From contig OZ255836.1 in assembly GCA_965277715.1 (NCBI GenBank), forward strand, positions 3,072,001 through 3,136,000: DNA of 64,000 nt, read 5' to 3'. The notes below the pieces were generated by a model. The model was not told where the DNA came from, made no database searches, and was given only the letters and a program-made list of their open reading frames with translations. The position numbers and the translations under genes are program-made. Origin of the DNA: Gammaproteobacteria bacterium. GTDB taxonomy: Bacteria > Pseudomonadota > Gammaproteobacteria > JBCCGL01. Shown piece by piece: positions 42,587 through 52,061 of this stretch. Positions within the stretch are counted from its first letter, which is position 1, and every line of letters begins with the position of its first letter.

Positions 42587-43582
42587 ATGCACCAACGAAA
42601 ACTCGGCCCATTTACCGTTTCTGCCATTGGCCTTGGTTGTATGAATATGTCGATGGGCTATGCACCCGCCGATGAAAAAGAGTCGGTGCGATTGCTGAAT
42701 GAATGCCTCGATGCTGGCTATACTTTCCTCGATACAGCATCGATGTACGGCATGGGGCACAATGAAACCCTGATCGGTAATACCTTAAAAAGCCGACGGG
42801 ATGAGTACATACTGGCCAGCAAATGCGGCATTGTTAAAAATGATAGCGGGGCAACGGTCAATGATGGACGCCCACAGGTGCTTAAGAAAATCTGCGAAGA
42901 CAGTTTGCGCCGCCTGCAAACCGATGTGATCGACCTGTATTATCTTCACCGCGTCGACGCCGATGTCCCGGTTGAGGAGAGTGTCGGCGCACTGGGCGAT
43001 TTATGCCGAGAGGGGAAAATCAAAACCATCGGTTTATCTGAGGTCTGCGCCGAAACCACCTACCGCGCCCACGCTGAACACCCAATCACCGCTATTCAGT
43101 CTGAGTACTCGCTTTGGTCACGTACGCCAGAGCGCAAAATACTCTCGGTGTGTAATGAACTAGACATTGCCTTTGTCGCGTTTTCGCCACTGGGGCGCTC
43201 GTTTCTTACCGGCGTCACGGGTGATGTCACCCAATTCGGTGAAGACGATATTCGCCAGGGGATCGCCCGGCCACGTTTTACACCTGAAAACTTCGCGCAC
43301 AATGTAAAGTTGCTGGCCCCTTTTGCCGATATTGCCCGCGCCCAAAACTGCAGCATGGCACAGCTTGCACTGGCGTGGTTACTGGCACGCGACAACGCGA
43401 CACTGATCCCTATCCCAGGCACTAAAGACCTTGCGCACATGCGCGAAAACGCAGGCGCTGGCGATATTGTGCTGGATGCCTCAGTGGTACAGACACTCGA
43501 CGAACTGATTAACGAAAATACTGTAAAAGGCCATCGTTATAACGATGAACAGATGGCGGCAACCGATTCAGAACGGGATTAG
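42587..43582 (+). CDS. Aldo/keto reductase
   Basis: IGLGCM, DTA.MYG, DLYYLHR, QSEYSLW, PIPGT. Confidence 0.93.
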   Translation: MHQRKLGPFTVSAIGLGCMNMSMGYAPADEKESVRLLNECLDAGYTFLDTASMYGMGHNETLIGNTLKSRRDEYILASKCGIVKNDSGATVNDGRPQVLKKICEDSLRRLQTDVIDLYYLHRVDADVPVEESVGALGDLCREGKIKTIGLSEVCAETTYRAHAEHPITAIQSEYSLWSRTPERKILSVCNELDIAFVAFSPLGRSFLTGVTGDVTQFGEDDIRQGIARPRFTPENFAHNVKLLAPFADIARAQNCSMAQLALAWLLARDNATLIPIPGTKDLAHMRENAGAGDIVLDASVVQTLDELINENTVKGHRYNDEQMAATDSERD

Positions 43583-43789
43583 TCCGGTACCCGGCGTATA
43601 CCGACACTGATGGATAAATAACAAAAACGAGGAACCCACCTGACAAAAATTGGTCGTAAACCATTAATTTACAAGATTAATACTACACTACCAGGCATAA
43701 CCCATCTGTACTTAAATTTTACACAACCCAAAGTGGGAAGTGTTTACGTCAAATTGGCCTAAAGTAGTATATAGTCAATATATATTTGA

Positions 43790-44815
43790 GTGGAGGTCTC
43801 TATGCTTGCAAATGTACCGACAGCATCCTTTAGAGGGTGTCGCCATTCAAGCGTGAAAATCGCACTGATGGCGCTAGGTATCGGGCTGGTATTATCCTCT
43901 CCCACCATTGCAGAAGAAGACCTTACTGCCTTCATTAAGCCAATCCCCAAGACCATCGACTATTCAAAACCAAAAGCCGAACTGGGCAGAAAGCTGTTTT
44001 TTGAAACCGCTATATCAGCCAACAAAAGTATGTCGTGTGCCTCGTGCCATTTCATGACCAAGCGCGGTGCCGGTGTTGACCGCCTTCCCCTGTCTGTGGG
44101 GGTGAATGGAAAAGAAACCAAACGCAACACACCCACGGTATACAATTCCGTCTTCAACTTTCGGCAAAACTGGGATGGAAAATTCGACAATCTCAAAGAC
44201 CATGCCAAAGCACCGCTGCTGAACCCTAGCGTAATGGGTATGTCGGATATGCAGGATGTCGTTGAGGTATTGGAAAGCCTACCCGGTTATCAGGAAACGT
44301 TTCAACAGGTCTACGGTGTTGGCATTACCGCAGGCGCTATACAGACGTCACTGGCTGAGTTTCAAAAAAGCCTGATCACGCCTAACGGCCCCTTTGACCG
44401 CTACATCCAGGGCGATAGCACGGCTATCAGCGAACAGGCCAAGCGTGGCTATCAGAAATTTAAAAATTATGGCTGTGTTAGCTGCCACCAGGGCGTCAAT
44501 GTCGGTGGCAATCTGTTTCAAAAATTTGGTGTACTGAAAGATACCAGCCTGAGAAATATCAATGACACCGATTTGGGTCGTTATGAAATTACTAAAAATG
44601 AGTGGGACAAACGCGTATTCCGTGTGCCCAGCTTACGCCTGGCAGCACTCACGCCACCTTATTTTCACGATGGTTCGGCCGCCACGCTCGATGAAGCCGT
44701 TAACACTATGATCATCTATCAACTGGGCCGCGACTTTGATGTCCCTGCCGCCGATAGAAAAGATATTATAGAGTTCTTAAAAACACTCCCAGGTGAAATA
44801 GAGGAGTATCGATAA
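43790..44815 (+). CDS. Di-heme cytochrome c peroxidase family protein
   Basis: CASCH and CVSCH, RNTPTV.N, WDG, FRVPSLR, PYFHDG; start may lie further downstream. Confidence 0.9.
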   Translation: MEVSMLANVPTASFRGCRHSSVKIALMALGIGLVLSSPTIAEEDLTAFIKPIPKTIDYSKPKAELGRKLFFETAISANKSMSCASCHFMTKRGAGVDRLPLSVGVNGKETKRNTPTVYNSVFNFRQNWDGKFDNLKDHAKAPLLNPSVMGMSDMQDVVEVLESLPGYQETFQQVYGVGITAGAIQTSLAEFQKSLITPNGPFDRYIQGDSTAISEQAKRGYQKFKNYGCVSCHQGVNVGGNLFQKFGVLKDTSLRNINDTDLGRYEITKNEWDKRVFRVPSLRLAALTPPYFHDGSAATLDEAVNTMIIYQLGRDFDVPAADRKDIIEFLKTLPGEIEEYR

Positions 44816-46026
44816 TGATTAAGTATATTCTTACAGTCCTGTTACTGATTGGTGGTGCTATCGCACTCACTGGTTATGCGTTTATCAATTTCAATCAGGT
44901 CGATAAACAAGAGGCACAAAAAGTGATTGTGCTACTCAACAACCTGGAGCAGGCGAATAAAGAGCTCGATAAACTGGTATTGAAATCCCGTTATGGTTTA
45001 GACAAAAACTACGACGCACTCGTTGCACTTAGCAAGCAAATAAACACTTACTTTAGTGCTTTGCGCTTTCTGACAAACAATGAATCTGAGGTTTTGAAAA
45101 ACAACCCTGACTGGCAGAGTGCCATTAAACGGTACGATAGTATTAATGAGATTCGACTTGGTGCGGTTGAAAGTTTCAAACGGCATAATGCTGTATTGAG
45201 AAATTCAGTGGGGTATGTACCTGATTTAGGCCGGGAGCTGGAAAGATTAACAGCAGGTGACGACGCCTTGCAAATCCTTATCAAAAAAACAAATCAGGCA
45301 ATACTCAATTACCTGGCCGACAATGATCAGGATGAAGCTGTTAAGACCATGCGCCAGCTATTACCTGAATTAACGCGCAACGAATTTTTGTTTCCTGAAG
45401 AAAATGCACCACTGTTCTTTCAATATATCAGTCATGTGAAAGCAATTTCACAAGAGCACCCTTCGACAGAGGCGTATGTTAAGCAGGTGATAGGGGTGTC
45501 TGTCGGGAAAAGCATTGGAGCCTTAAGCGAGCTACTCTCCGTGCTATACCCCGCTAAAGGCAAGGCTATCAAAAATATGATGGCGGCATTTTCACTTTAT
45601 ATTATCGTTGCATTGATTATTGCCAGCTTTCTTATTATCAAACTTGCTTTGGGGCGTCGGGGTAAAAGGGAACAGGCTGATGCTGAGGCATCGCAGTTAC
45701 AAATAGAGGCACTGACAGTTGAAAATGCGCATTTCAGCGAGCGATTACAATTTAGCGAAGTGGCACTAGAGGTTGCTATGCGGGGCAGTAAACGTATTCG
45801 CAAATACATGGCTGTCTACGCGGAATTGTTCAGTGTGCTGGCAGATAACGAAAAAGAACTCAGGTCGCCAGCACCGGATAGAAAAAAACTGGGAGCCGGG
45901 TTGAAGAAAAGTATCAAGATTTTTTCCAGAAACAAGCTGGTTAATTCCGTTGATGAAATCCAAAAGACACTTAACAGCCTGGAAAAAAATGTCACTGAAA
46001 TGAAACAGACCGATGTTATTAAGTAG
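44815..46026 (+). CDS. DAHL-like sensor-domain membrane protein without recognisable output domain
   Basis: VLKSRYGL..NYDAL and FKRHNAVLRNS; two TM helices; short helical tail. Confidence 0.7.
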   Translation: MIKYILTVLLLIGGAIALTGYAFINFNQVDKQEAQKVIVLLNNLEQANKELDKLVLKSRYGLDKNYDALVALSKQINTYFSALRFLTNNESEVLKNNPDWQSAIKRYDSINEIRLGAVESFKRHNAVLRNSVGYVPDLGRELERLTAGDDALQILIKKTNQAILNYLADNDQDEAVKTMRQLLPELTRNEFLFPEENAPLFFQYISHVKAISQEHPSTEAYVKQVIGVSVGKSIGALSELLSVLYPAKGKAIKNMMAAFSLYIIVALIIASFLIIKLALGRRGKREQADAEASQLQIEALTVENAHFSERLQFSEVALEVAMRGSKRIRKYMAVYAELFSVLADNEKELRSPAPDRKKLGAGLKKSIKIFSRNKLVNSVDEIQKTLNSLEKNVTEMKQTDVIK

Positions 46027-46087
46027 TAACTATTAGTACATCATTAATTTTGAATTGATGGTTTATTTGGTGTTTACTTTTATGTAG

Positions 46088-46200
46088 GTGCGAGCTTCTT
46101 TATTTGGAAAACTCGATCCGATGAGAAAAGTCCCGGTGCTCGTCGATAATGATAATGCTATTTGGGAATCTAATACGATATTGAGGTATCTGTCAGAAGA
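46088..46200 (+). pseudogene. GST fragment
   Basis: KVPVLVD...IWESNTILRYL. Confidence 0.6.
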
Positions 46201-46217
46201 CGCACTCTCAAGCAGAT

Positions 46218-47114
46218 TCAACTCAGGCTTCCGTGTTCAACTTTGCTTTTTCCTTCTGATTTTATTTGTTCAAATAATCGACTCAGCACCGGTTTTGGGC
46301 CAGACTCAGTTATATTAAGCTGTTCTTTCGGAAAAAATTCCATTGTCTTTAACCACTGAACTGGGTTAGAAAGCTGCCTGGTCAGAAGGTCAATAAGCTG
46401 TACAGGGTCATTCATAGGATAGTAATCGGCTGTCACATTGGCAATAACTGGAATCTGAAGCGGAAAAAAGTGACATGTCTGTAAAAACGCTTCAAATGAG
46501 GGTGTAATAGACCGCATAGCATTCGAGTGAAACGCACCGCTAACATTCAGCCAATGAAATTGCGTATTTAAACCATCGATACGCTGCTCTAGTGTAGTCA
46601 ATTGATCCAGGTTTCCTGAAACAACGAGCTGTTTGTGGGTATTGATATTGGCGATATCCAGCTGATCATATGCACTGTCGGTAATAATATCACTCACATC
46701 GGTATAGCTCAGACCAATGACCGCAGCCATACTGCCATTTTTGCATGTATTCATTAGTCTGCCGCGTTCAGCAACAATGCGCAGCCCCGTTTCAAAACTA
46801 AAGGCACCTGCTGCAAACAAAGCACAGTACTCACCAAGACTATGACCTGCCAATACATCTGGCTTATCCGGTTGGCGCTCAATATTATCTAAATAGTGAA
46901 GGATGTTCACAACATAAAGCGCCGGTTGGGTAAATTGCGTACTGGCCAACTGCTGCTCTGGGTCATCAAGGCATAAAGATTTAAGCGAATAGCCAAGCAC
47001 CTCATCCGCCAACTGCAAATGGTATTCATAACGATCAAATAACGGTGCCCCCATTCCCACAAACTGTGCACCTTGACCAGGAAACACGGTGATATTGGTC
47101 TCGTTCATCGGCAC
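46218..47114 (-). CDS. Stand-alone malonyl-CoA:ACP acyltransferase (trans-AT PKS type)
   Basis: FPGQG, TQFTQPALYVVN, GHSLGEY, VSGAFHS. Confidence 0.85.
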   Translation of the reverse strand: MPMNETNITVFPGQGAQFVGMGAPLFDRYEYHLQLADEVLGYSLKSLCLDDPEQQLASTQFTQPALYVVNILHYLDNIERQPDKPDVLAGHSLGEYCALFAAGAFSFETGLRIVAERGRLMNTCKNGSMAAVIGLSYTDVSDIITDSAYDQLDIANINTHKQLVVSGNLDQLTTLEQRIDGLNTQFHWLNVSGAFHSNAMRSITPSFEAFLQTCHFFPLQIPVIANVTADYYPMNDPVQLIDLLTRQLSNPVQWLKTMEFFPKEQLNITESGPKPVLSRLFEQIKSEGKSKVEHGSLS

Positions 47115-47126
47115 GCTCCTACGCCT

Positions 47127-47549
47127 CTAGGCAACATTGACGTTTTTACGTTTCTGTAAATGGTAAGTTAAAGCCATTTCCAGACACACCTGTAATTCGG
47201 CTTCAGGTATTGGGTTATCTGGGTCAAGCACTATGGCGCGATTTTTTGAGAACTCAAACACACCCGGAAAGAGCGTACCGAATGTATCTACTAACGTGGT
47301 TTTACAGTGAAAAAATACGGCAATTTTATCCGGGCCAAATCGATCCAGGCGCACTGTACTGCCCGATTTACTTTTGTGTGTCACGTAGCCTGGTTGCCCC
47401 CATTTTAGTGTTTCCTGTAAAGGGCCTATCTCCTGGGACTGCTCTGACAATGTAAATATCCACTCCCTTATTTTTAGCAATGGATCACGAAACCGGGCTG
47501 AATATCCGACAAAAACTGATTCGACAGATGCATCATCAAACTTTTTCAT
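47127..47549 (-). CDS. DUF1801 family protein
   Basis: ETLKWGQP, STVRLD, FHC.T.LV, ALTYH. Confidence 0.8.
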   Translation of the reverse strand: MKKFDDASVESVFVGYSARFRDPLLKIREWIFTLSEQSQEIGPLQETLKWGQPGYVTHKSKSGSTVRLDRFGPDKIAVFFHCKTTLVDTFGTLFPGVFEFSKNRAIVLDPDNPIPEAELQVCLEMALTYHLQKRKNVNVA

Positions 47550-47978
47550 TGTTTCACCTCTCTATTTTGAACCATTTTCTCTGGCTGCCAGAGCATAATT
47601 AATTGATCACTATTGCTATAGTCATTAGCATGTGACCACAGATACTGGATAACACTTGCCATTTGCTCAGCCTCCTCTGATACAAAATAATGCTTACCCT
47701 GATCGAGTACGACCAGGTGTGTATGTTGCGCGTAGCGCTTCCAGTTCAGGTAATTACGGTTAAAACGCTTGGTGAGTGGGTCATCTGCGCTCACTACCGT
47801 AATAATAGGACAATCTACCAAACGCTTGTCATGCCATTCCTTTTGATACAGATAAGCATTTTTAGACCCTCTTCGGAAATTTGCCAACATAAATGCCAGT
47901 GCATCGGCGGAAATAGTGTCAGTGGGGCCTCCCCAGCGCTGTATCAGCTTATGTAAACGTGCGTTTGACACCCACCGC
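47546..47978 (-). pseudogene. Thioesterase C-terminal fragment
   Basis: CPI..V...DDPLT...W......G.HYFV; 5' part removed at an IS end. Confidence 0.65.
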
Positions 47979-49554
47979 CATGGGTCTGAGATTGGCAGGG
48001 ATGTAAATATTTTCATCAGTGTTTCAAAATTCCTGGCTGTCGAGGTTTTAAATGCCTCACTAAGCTATGCATAATAGTTCTAAGAGACTTTCTTGTCATT
48101 ATTGCATTTTGCAGAGAGCGGATGGTGAATGAGCATATACGGGTAATTCTAGCGTAAAAAAACAATGGGTTAACAAAGCCGCCTTTTTTCTGGGCAATTT
48201 GTTGTCTCTTATCAAGCATTTTAGTGTATTTTTTATCAGATGGATGAATACATTCCAGGTTCTTTGTTTTTGATATTTCTTCAAAAATACGCATGATATT
48301 ATAGGCCATGGCAGTAAAACGCATTTGACTGTTCAGCGCATTCAGGTTTGAAGACCAGGCTTTTCTTTCGGTGAAATCACTTTTACTATTGTTGAATGAT
48401 TTTTCTATCGTCCAACGCTTGTAATAGAGCATAGCAATAGTGCCTGGGTTAATTGACTCTGGTAGCGTTGAAATAAATTGATGTAATTGACCTGTTTCTG
48501 GGTCGCGGTATTTAACAATATGAAATTGGACCTTTTTATTTTTATATACACTATAGCCTTCAACCCCTGTATTAATTTCACTACCCTGGTCATAGGGTAT
48601 AGAGTTGACAAAAGTTGCAACTGCATTTTCTTTGAGTACTGAAATCATAAAATTCTGATGCTGTTTTTGCTTTTCCCACCATGCATAATCAGTCACCGCC
48701 TTATCGTATATATAGAGATGCTTTTGCCAAGTCTCTTTTTCGCCACAACGTTGTTCAATATAAGAACGTAACGCGGGTATTTCCTGGTGCCGTTCAGTAC
48801 CGTTAGTCACGACACAAAGTGGTCTTAGAAGTCCATTTCTGAGGTTCAAGGCATGAATAAAGCCTGCTGCGAAGACGTTGCCCTGACGATTTTTCTCTGT
48901 GTGACAAGCATGCTGTATAAAATGACCATCAGCTGCTTCTACTCGATATTCTTCAAGTTCAGGAAATTGTTTTAAATAATCAATGTCCAAAGAAGATAAT
49001 TTCTCACTTTGCAGTTGATAGCTTTGCTTTTCCATGGCTTGCATCATCTTCATCCGTCTTGTCGACTTCAATGCGTTAAAATAGCTTGAATGACAAATTG
49101 TCTCGTCGTATATTTCATCCGTAACCTGTAGATAGTGACGACCACTATGTACAAGACTTATACAGCGAAGTAACCCATGTCGAGAAAAAGCTACGTCATC
49201 AATGGAATCGCATGATCTTTTCCATAAAGGGAAGCGTTCAGCAGCAATTGCTTTTTCCATACTTATTTTACAGTGTTCGGTGATATATTCTTCAACGGTC
49301 ATCATTTCGTTCATATTCAATTTGCCCATTTAATCAGATATTAAATGGGTATTTTAAAAAAAAATTCTGCTGGTGAATGCAAGTGTTTTTTTGGATAATT
49401 TTATTTATTTTATGAATTATAAAGCGTGTTATCGGTTTATAAAAAAACAGTACAAATATTATAAAAAATACTATTTGTAGCTTATGGCGGCTCTTTTCAG
49501 GTGTTATTCATTGCGTTATTAGCTTCCTGGCAGGATTCTAGTGGTACACCCATG
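47979..49554 (-). mobile_element. IS4-like element (CATGGGT ends), no TSD
   Basis: CATGGGT / ACCCATG ends; homologous copy begins at 63216. Confidence 0.8.
48016..49329 (-). CDS. IS4-like DDE transposase
   Basis: ADGH, YDKA, Y..RW.IEK.FN..K. Confidence 0.85.
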   Translation of the reverse strand: MGKLNMNEMMTVEEYITEHCKISMEKAIAAERFPLWKRSCDSIDDVAFSRHGLLRCISLVHSGRHYLQVTDEIYDETICHSSYFNALKSTRRMKMMQAMEKQSYQLQSEKLSSLDIDYLKQFPELEEYRVEAADGHFIQHACHTEKNRQGNVFAAGFIHALNLRNGLLRPLCVVTNGTERHQEIPALRSYIEQRCGEKETWQKHLYIYDKAVTDYAWWEKQKQHQNFMISVLKENAVATFVNSIPYDQGSEINTGVEGYSVYKNKKVQFHIVKYRDPETGQLHQFISTLPESINPGTIAMLYYKRWTIEKSFNNSKSDFTERKAWSSNLNALNSQMRFTAMAYNIMRIFEEISKTKNLECIHPSDKKYTKMLDKRQQIAQKKGGFVNPLFFYARITRICSFTIRSLQNAIMTRKSLRTIMHSLVRHLKPRQPGILKH

Positions 49555-49965
49555 ATCTGACAAGTGATTAACAACCCAAACTTCATCATTATTTCTCGCT
49601 GCAACAGCGACTGGTTCTAACCCTACTTGTACTGAAGCCTTGTGAATCAACCCCCAACGATGTACACGAAATACTTCAAGCTTACTCGCTGGTGTATTTA
49701 CAGCAAACAACCACTTTCCATTAGGGGACATTGATAATGGTCTAACTTGACCTGACTCAAAAAGTGTAAAGTTACCCGTTGAATTTAGGTTAGATGTGGC
49801 AAGATTTGCTGTTGAAAAAAATGCAACAAAAAGCAATATCAGATATTTAAATGTTAATAGAAGCCACCTACCCCGGTCATAAGATTTTATTCGCCTAGAG
49901 AAAAGATGGTAATCAATATTTTTTATTGCCGTTCCAAAACAAAACATTTTACTAATAAAATACAT
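49555..49965 (-). pseudogene. N-terminal fragment of a YVTN/YncE-type beta-propeller protein
   Basis: [38 protein letters not shown]; truncated at IS end. Confidence 0.75.
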
Positions 49966-50013
49966 GGGAATGCACTTACAGAAAATGGGGACATTGTGTT
50001 ATAAACTCTCACA

Positions 50014-50463
50014 TTACGACTGAGTACCAATATAAATAGCGATTTCTCCGCTACTCTGGTATCGCTCAAAATCACATTTGTAGGTATTCTCAAGATCCGT
50101 CATATCCCATATTTCCTTCCATTTTTCAAATACTTTTTCTGGTTTCCCTCGCTCTATATCGAACTGATAATAGTTACTTGATGGAATAACAGCTTTACTC
50201 AAACCATCAGGAATATCGCTAAAGTCCTTGACTTCCATACCGATTAAAAATGAATACTGCCCTTTATTATCAATACCCTCATTTTCAAAATCAGTGTATA
50301 AGGCATAAACACTATCTGACGCCTTGTTGGTAATTTTTTCAGGCATAGATTCTGAGTAGAATTTTTGCCAAAGTGCCGGAATAATTTGTATAGCCTGCAT
50401 ATTATTTGTACGCACTAAAAGGCCAACAACTTTAATAGATTCAGTTACTTTTTTGGTAACCAT
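50014..50463 (-). CDS. GyrI-like small-molecule-binding protein
   Basis: IPALWQKF, YALYTD, W..IW, DFERY. Confidence 0.85.
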   Translation of the reverse strand: MVTKKVTESIKVVGLLVRTNNMQAIQIIPALWQKFYSESMPEKITNKASDSVYALYTDFENEGIDNKGQYSFLIGMEVKDFSDIPDGLSKAVIPSSNYYQFDIERGKPEKVFEKWKEIWDMTDLENTYKCDFERYQSSGEIAIYIGTQS

Positions 50464-50606
50464 GTTTTTTTACCCTCCTCTTTTTATATCTAGGCAATAT
50501 ATTTATATGGATAGTGTTCGCGCTAGTTTTTTTGAATTCTACTCAAAATAGTAGTAGAAAAAAAAGAAAGTAAAGTTTTTAACATTAAAATTAAGGTGTC
50601 CCGCTG

Positions 50607-50803
50607 GAATGGCACTTACTTAACAATTAATTTATTGAATAATAAAGAAAAAATGTTCTCTATGGTAGGATGTGGTGAGCAACGCGAACCGCATCAGCCG
50701 GGAATGATGCGGTTCCTGTCGTCACCACATCCTACTTTATCCTGATTTTTAGTGAGGATACTTTAATTAATTCAGCGGGTTAACTGCTAAGTAAGCGCTA
50801 TTC
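50607..50803. mobile_element. IS4-derived MITE
   Basis: GAATGGCACTTACTTA / TAAGTAAGCGCTATTC ends; degenerate 11-bp TSD. Confidence 0.65.
50665..50735. repeat. GTAG-family REP doublet (REPIN-like)
   Basis: GTAGGATGTGGTGA...GAACCGCATCA / TGATGCGGTTC...TCACCACATCCTAC. Confidence 0.75.
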
Positions 50804-51051
50804 GGATCCCGCTGGTTTTTTTGAGAAAATCAGCAGAGTATCTTAATTATCAAATACTTAGGTGTACTACCAATATTTTGTTAAGTTGATGAGAAAGTCA
50901 GTTTTTATGCAAAAATTGCCTGAAATATACGAAAAGATAATTTTCAATGGAATGAAACTATTTGATTTTATTCGTTAATTCTTCAAATCACTCTTAGCGG
51001 GAGCACCTGCATTAAAACAAAAACATCACCACTATAAACTGAAGGCATAGA

Positions 51052-51750
51052 ATGTTTACCTCACAAGAAAATAGCTTTTATTTACCCACATCGCCCATAA
51101 ATAGCTATGCATGCCAATATGAAGTAAATCAGTATAATGATGCGCTATTTAGCATTAATGGCATTGATTTACCTCAACAAATATCCAAAGCACCAGTAAA
51201 GAGAAAAGCGGAGTTTTTAGCTGGTCGTCTTTGTGCACACAAATCGCTTGAAAAGATCGGGCATGGCAATCACAGCGTTGATATAGGACACAATCGCTGC
51301 CCTGTATGGCCCCAAGGTGTGGTGGGTTCAATATCACATACCAAATCCACAGCCATTAGTATGGTGTCATGTGACACCCACACGACAGGCTTAGGCGTTG
51401 ATATTGAAAATATTATGTGTCCTGATATAGCAAACAAAATATATACACAAATCATTGACAACACCGAGTATGCACTATACCTTTCAGAATTCAGGCAAAA
51501 ACTTGAATTTACGCTTTTTCTAACGATCATATTTTCAGCAAAAGAGTGTCTCTTTAAAGCACTCTACCCTCGCGTTAATCGGTATTTTGGCTTTTCATCT
51601 GCACGCTTAGTCAATATTTTTCAATCGTCGGTTGAACTTGTAATAACAGAGGATCTCTGTGAGAAATGCTCAAAAGCGCCATACCATACCCTTCACTACC
51701 AACTAAAAAAAGACATGGTATTAGTTTGGATATCAATACACGATACCTAA
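51052..51750 (+). CDS. 4'-phosphopantetheinyl transferase (EntD-like)
   Basis: RKAEFLAGR, P.WP...GSISH, GVDIE, FSAKE.LFKA. Confidence 0.9.
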   Translation: MFTSQENSFYLPTSPINSYACQYEVNQYNDALFSINGIDLPQQISKAPVKRKAEFLAGRLCAHKSLEKIGHGNHSVDIGHNRCPVWPQGVVGSISHTKSTAISMVSCDTHTTGLGVDIENIMCPDIANKIYTQIIDNTEYALYLSEFRQKLEFTLFLTIIFSAKECLFKALYPRVNRYFGFSSARLVNIFQSSVELVITEDLCEKCSKAPYHTLHYQLKKDMVLVWISIHDT

Positions 51751-51760
51751 AAAAGCGTTA

Positions 51761-51906
51761 GGCACAACCATTACCATTGATACGATGGACTGCCAGAAAA
51801 ATAATGATCAGGAAAATTGTGGCAGGAGGGTGGTGGCTATGTTATGGGCCTAAAAGACAATCAACCACGCTTATTTCAGCAAGGTGAAGCATTTGTCGAA
51901 AAGTAG
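51761..51906 (+). pseudogene. ISAs1-family transposase fragment
   Basis: TITIDTMDCQK then, after frameshifts, YVMGLKDNQP.L. Confidence 0.6.
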
Positions 51907-52017
51907 GAACAGTTGCTGAGAAGCGGTAGCTTCGCTGTGCACAACGTCAATAAATACCTGTACCTCGCGAGCGAAACCCCTGTAACACCACAGATAAATA
52001 CAAATATTAATAAACCA

Positions 52018-52046
52018 GTAGAGACAAAAACAGGTTTTGTCTCTAC
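52018..52046. repeat. GTAG-type hairpin (REP-like or terminator) after pntB
   Basis: GTAGAGACAAAA-ACAGG-TTTTGTCTCTAC. Confidence 0.6.
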
Positions 52047-52061
52047 CTCGTCTATTATTAT

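Noticed and set aside
43790-44815. MauG-like maturase for the LodA protein
   Set aside because: It is 17 kb away and coupled to a DAHL gene; LodA proteins use LodB-type flavoproteins
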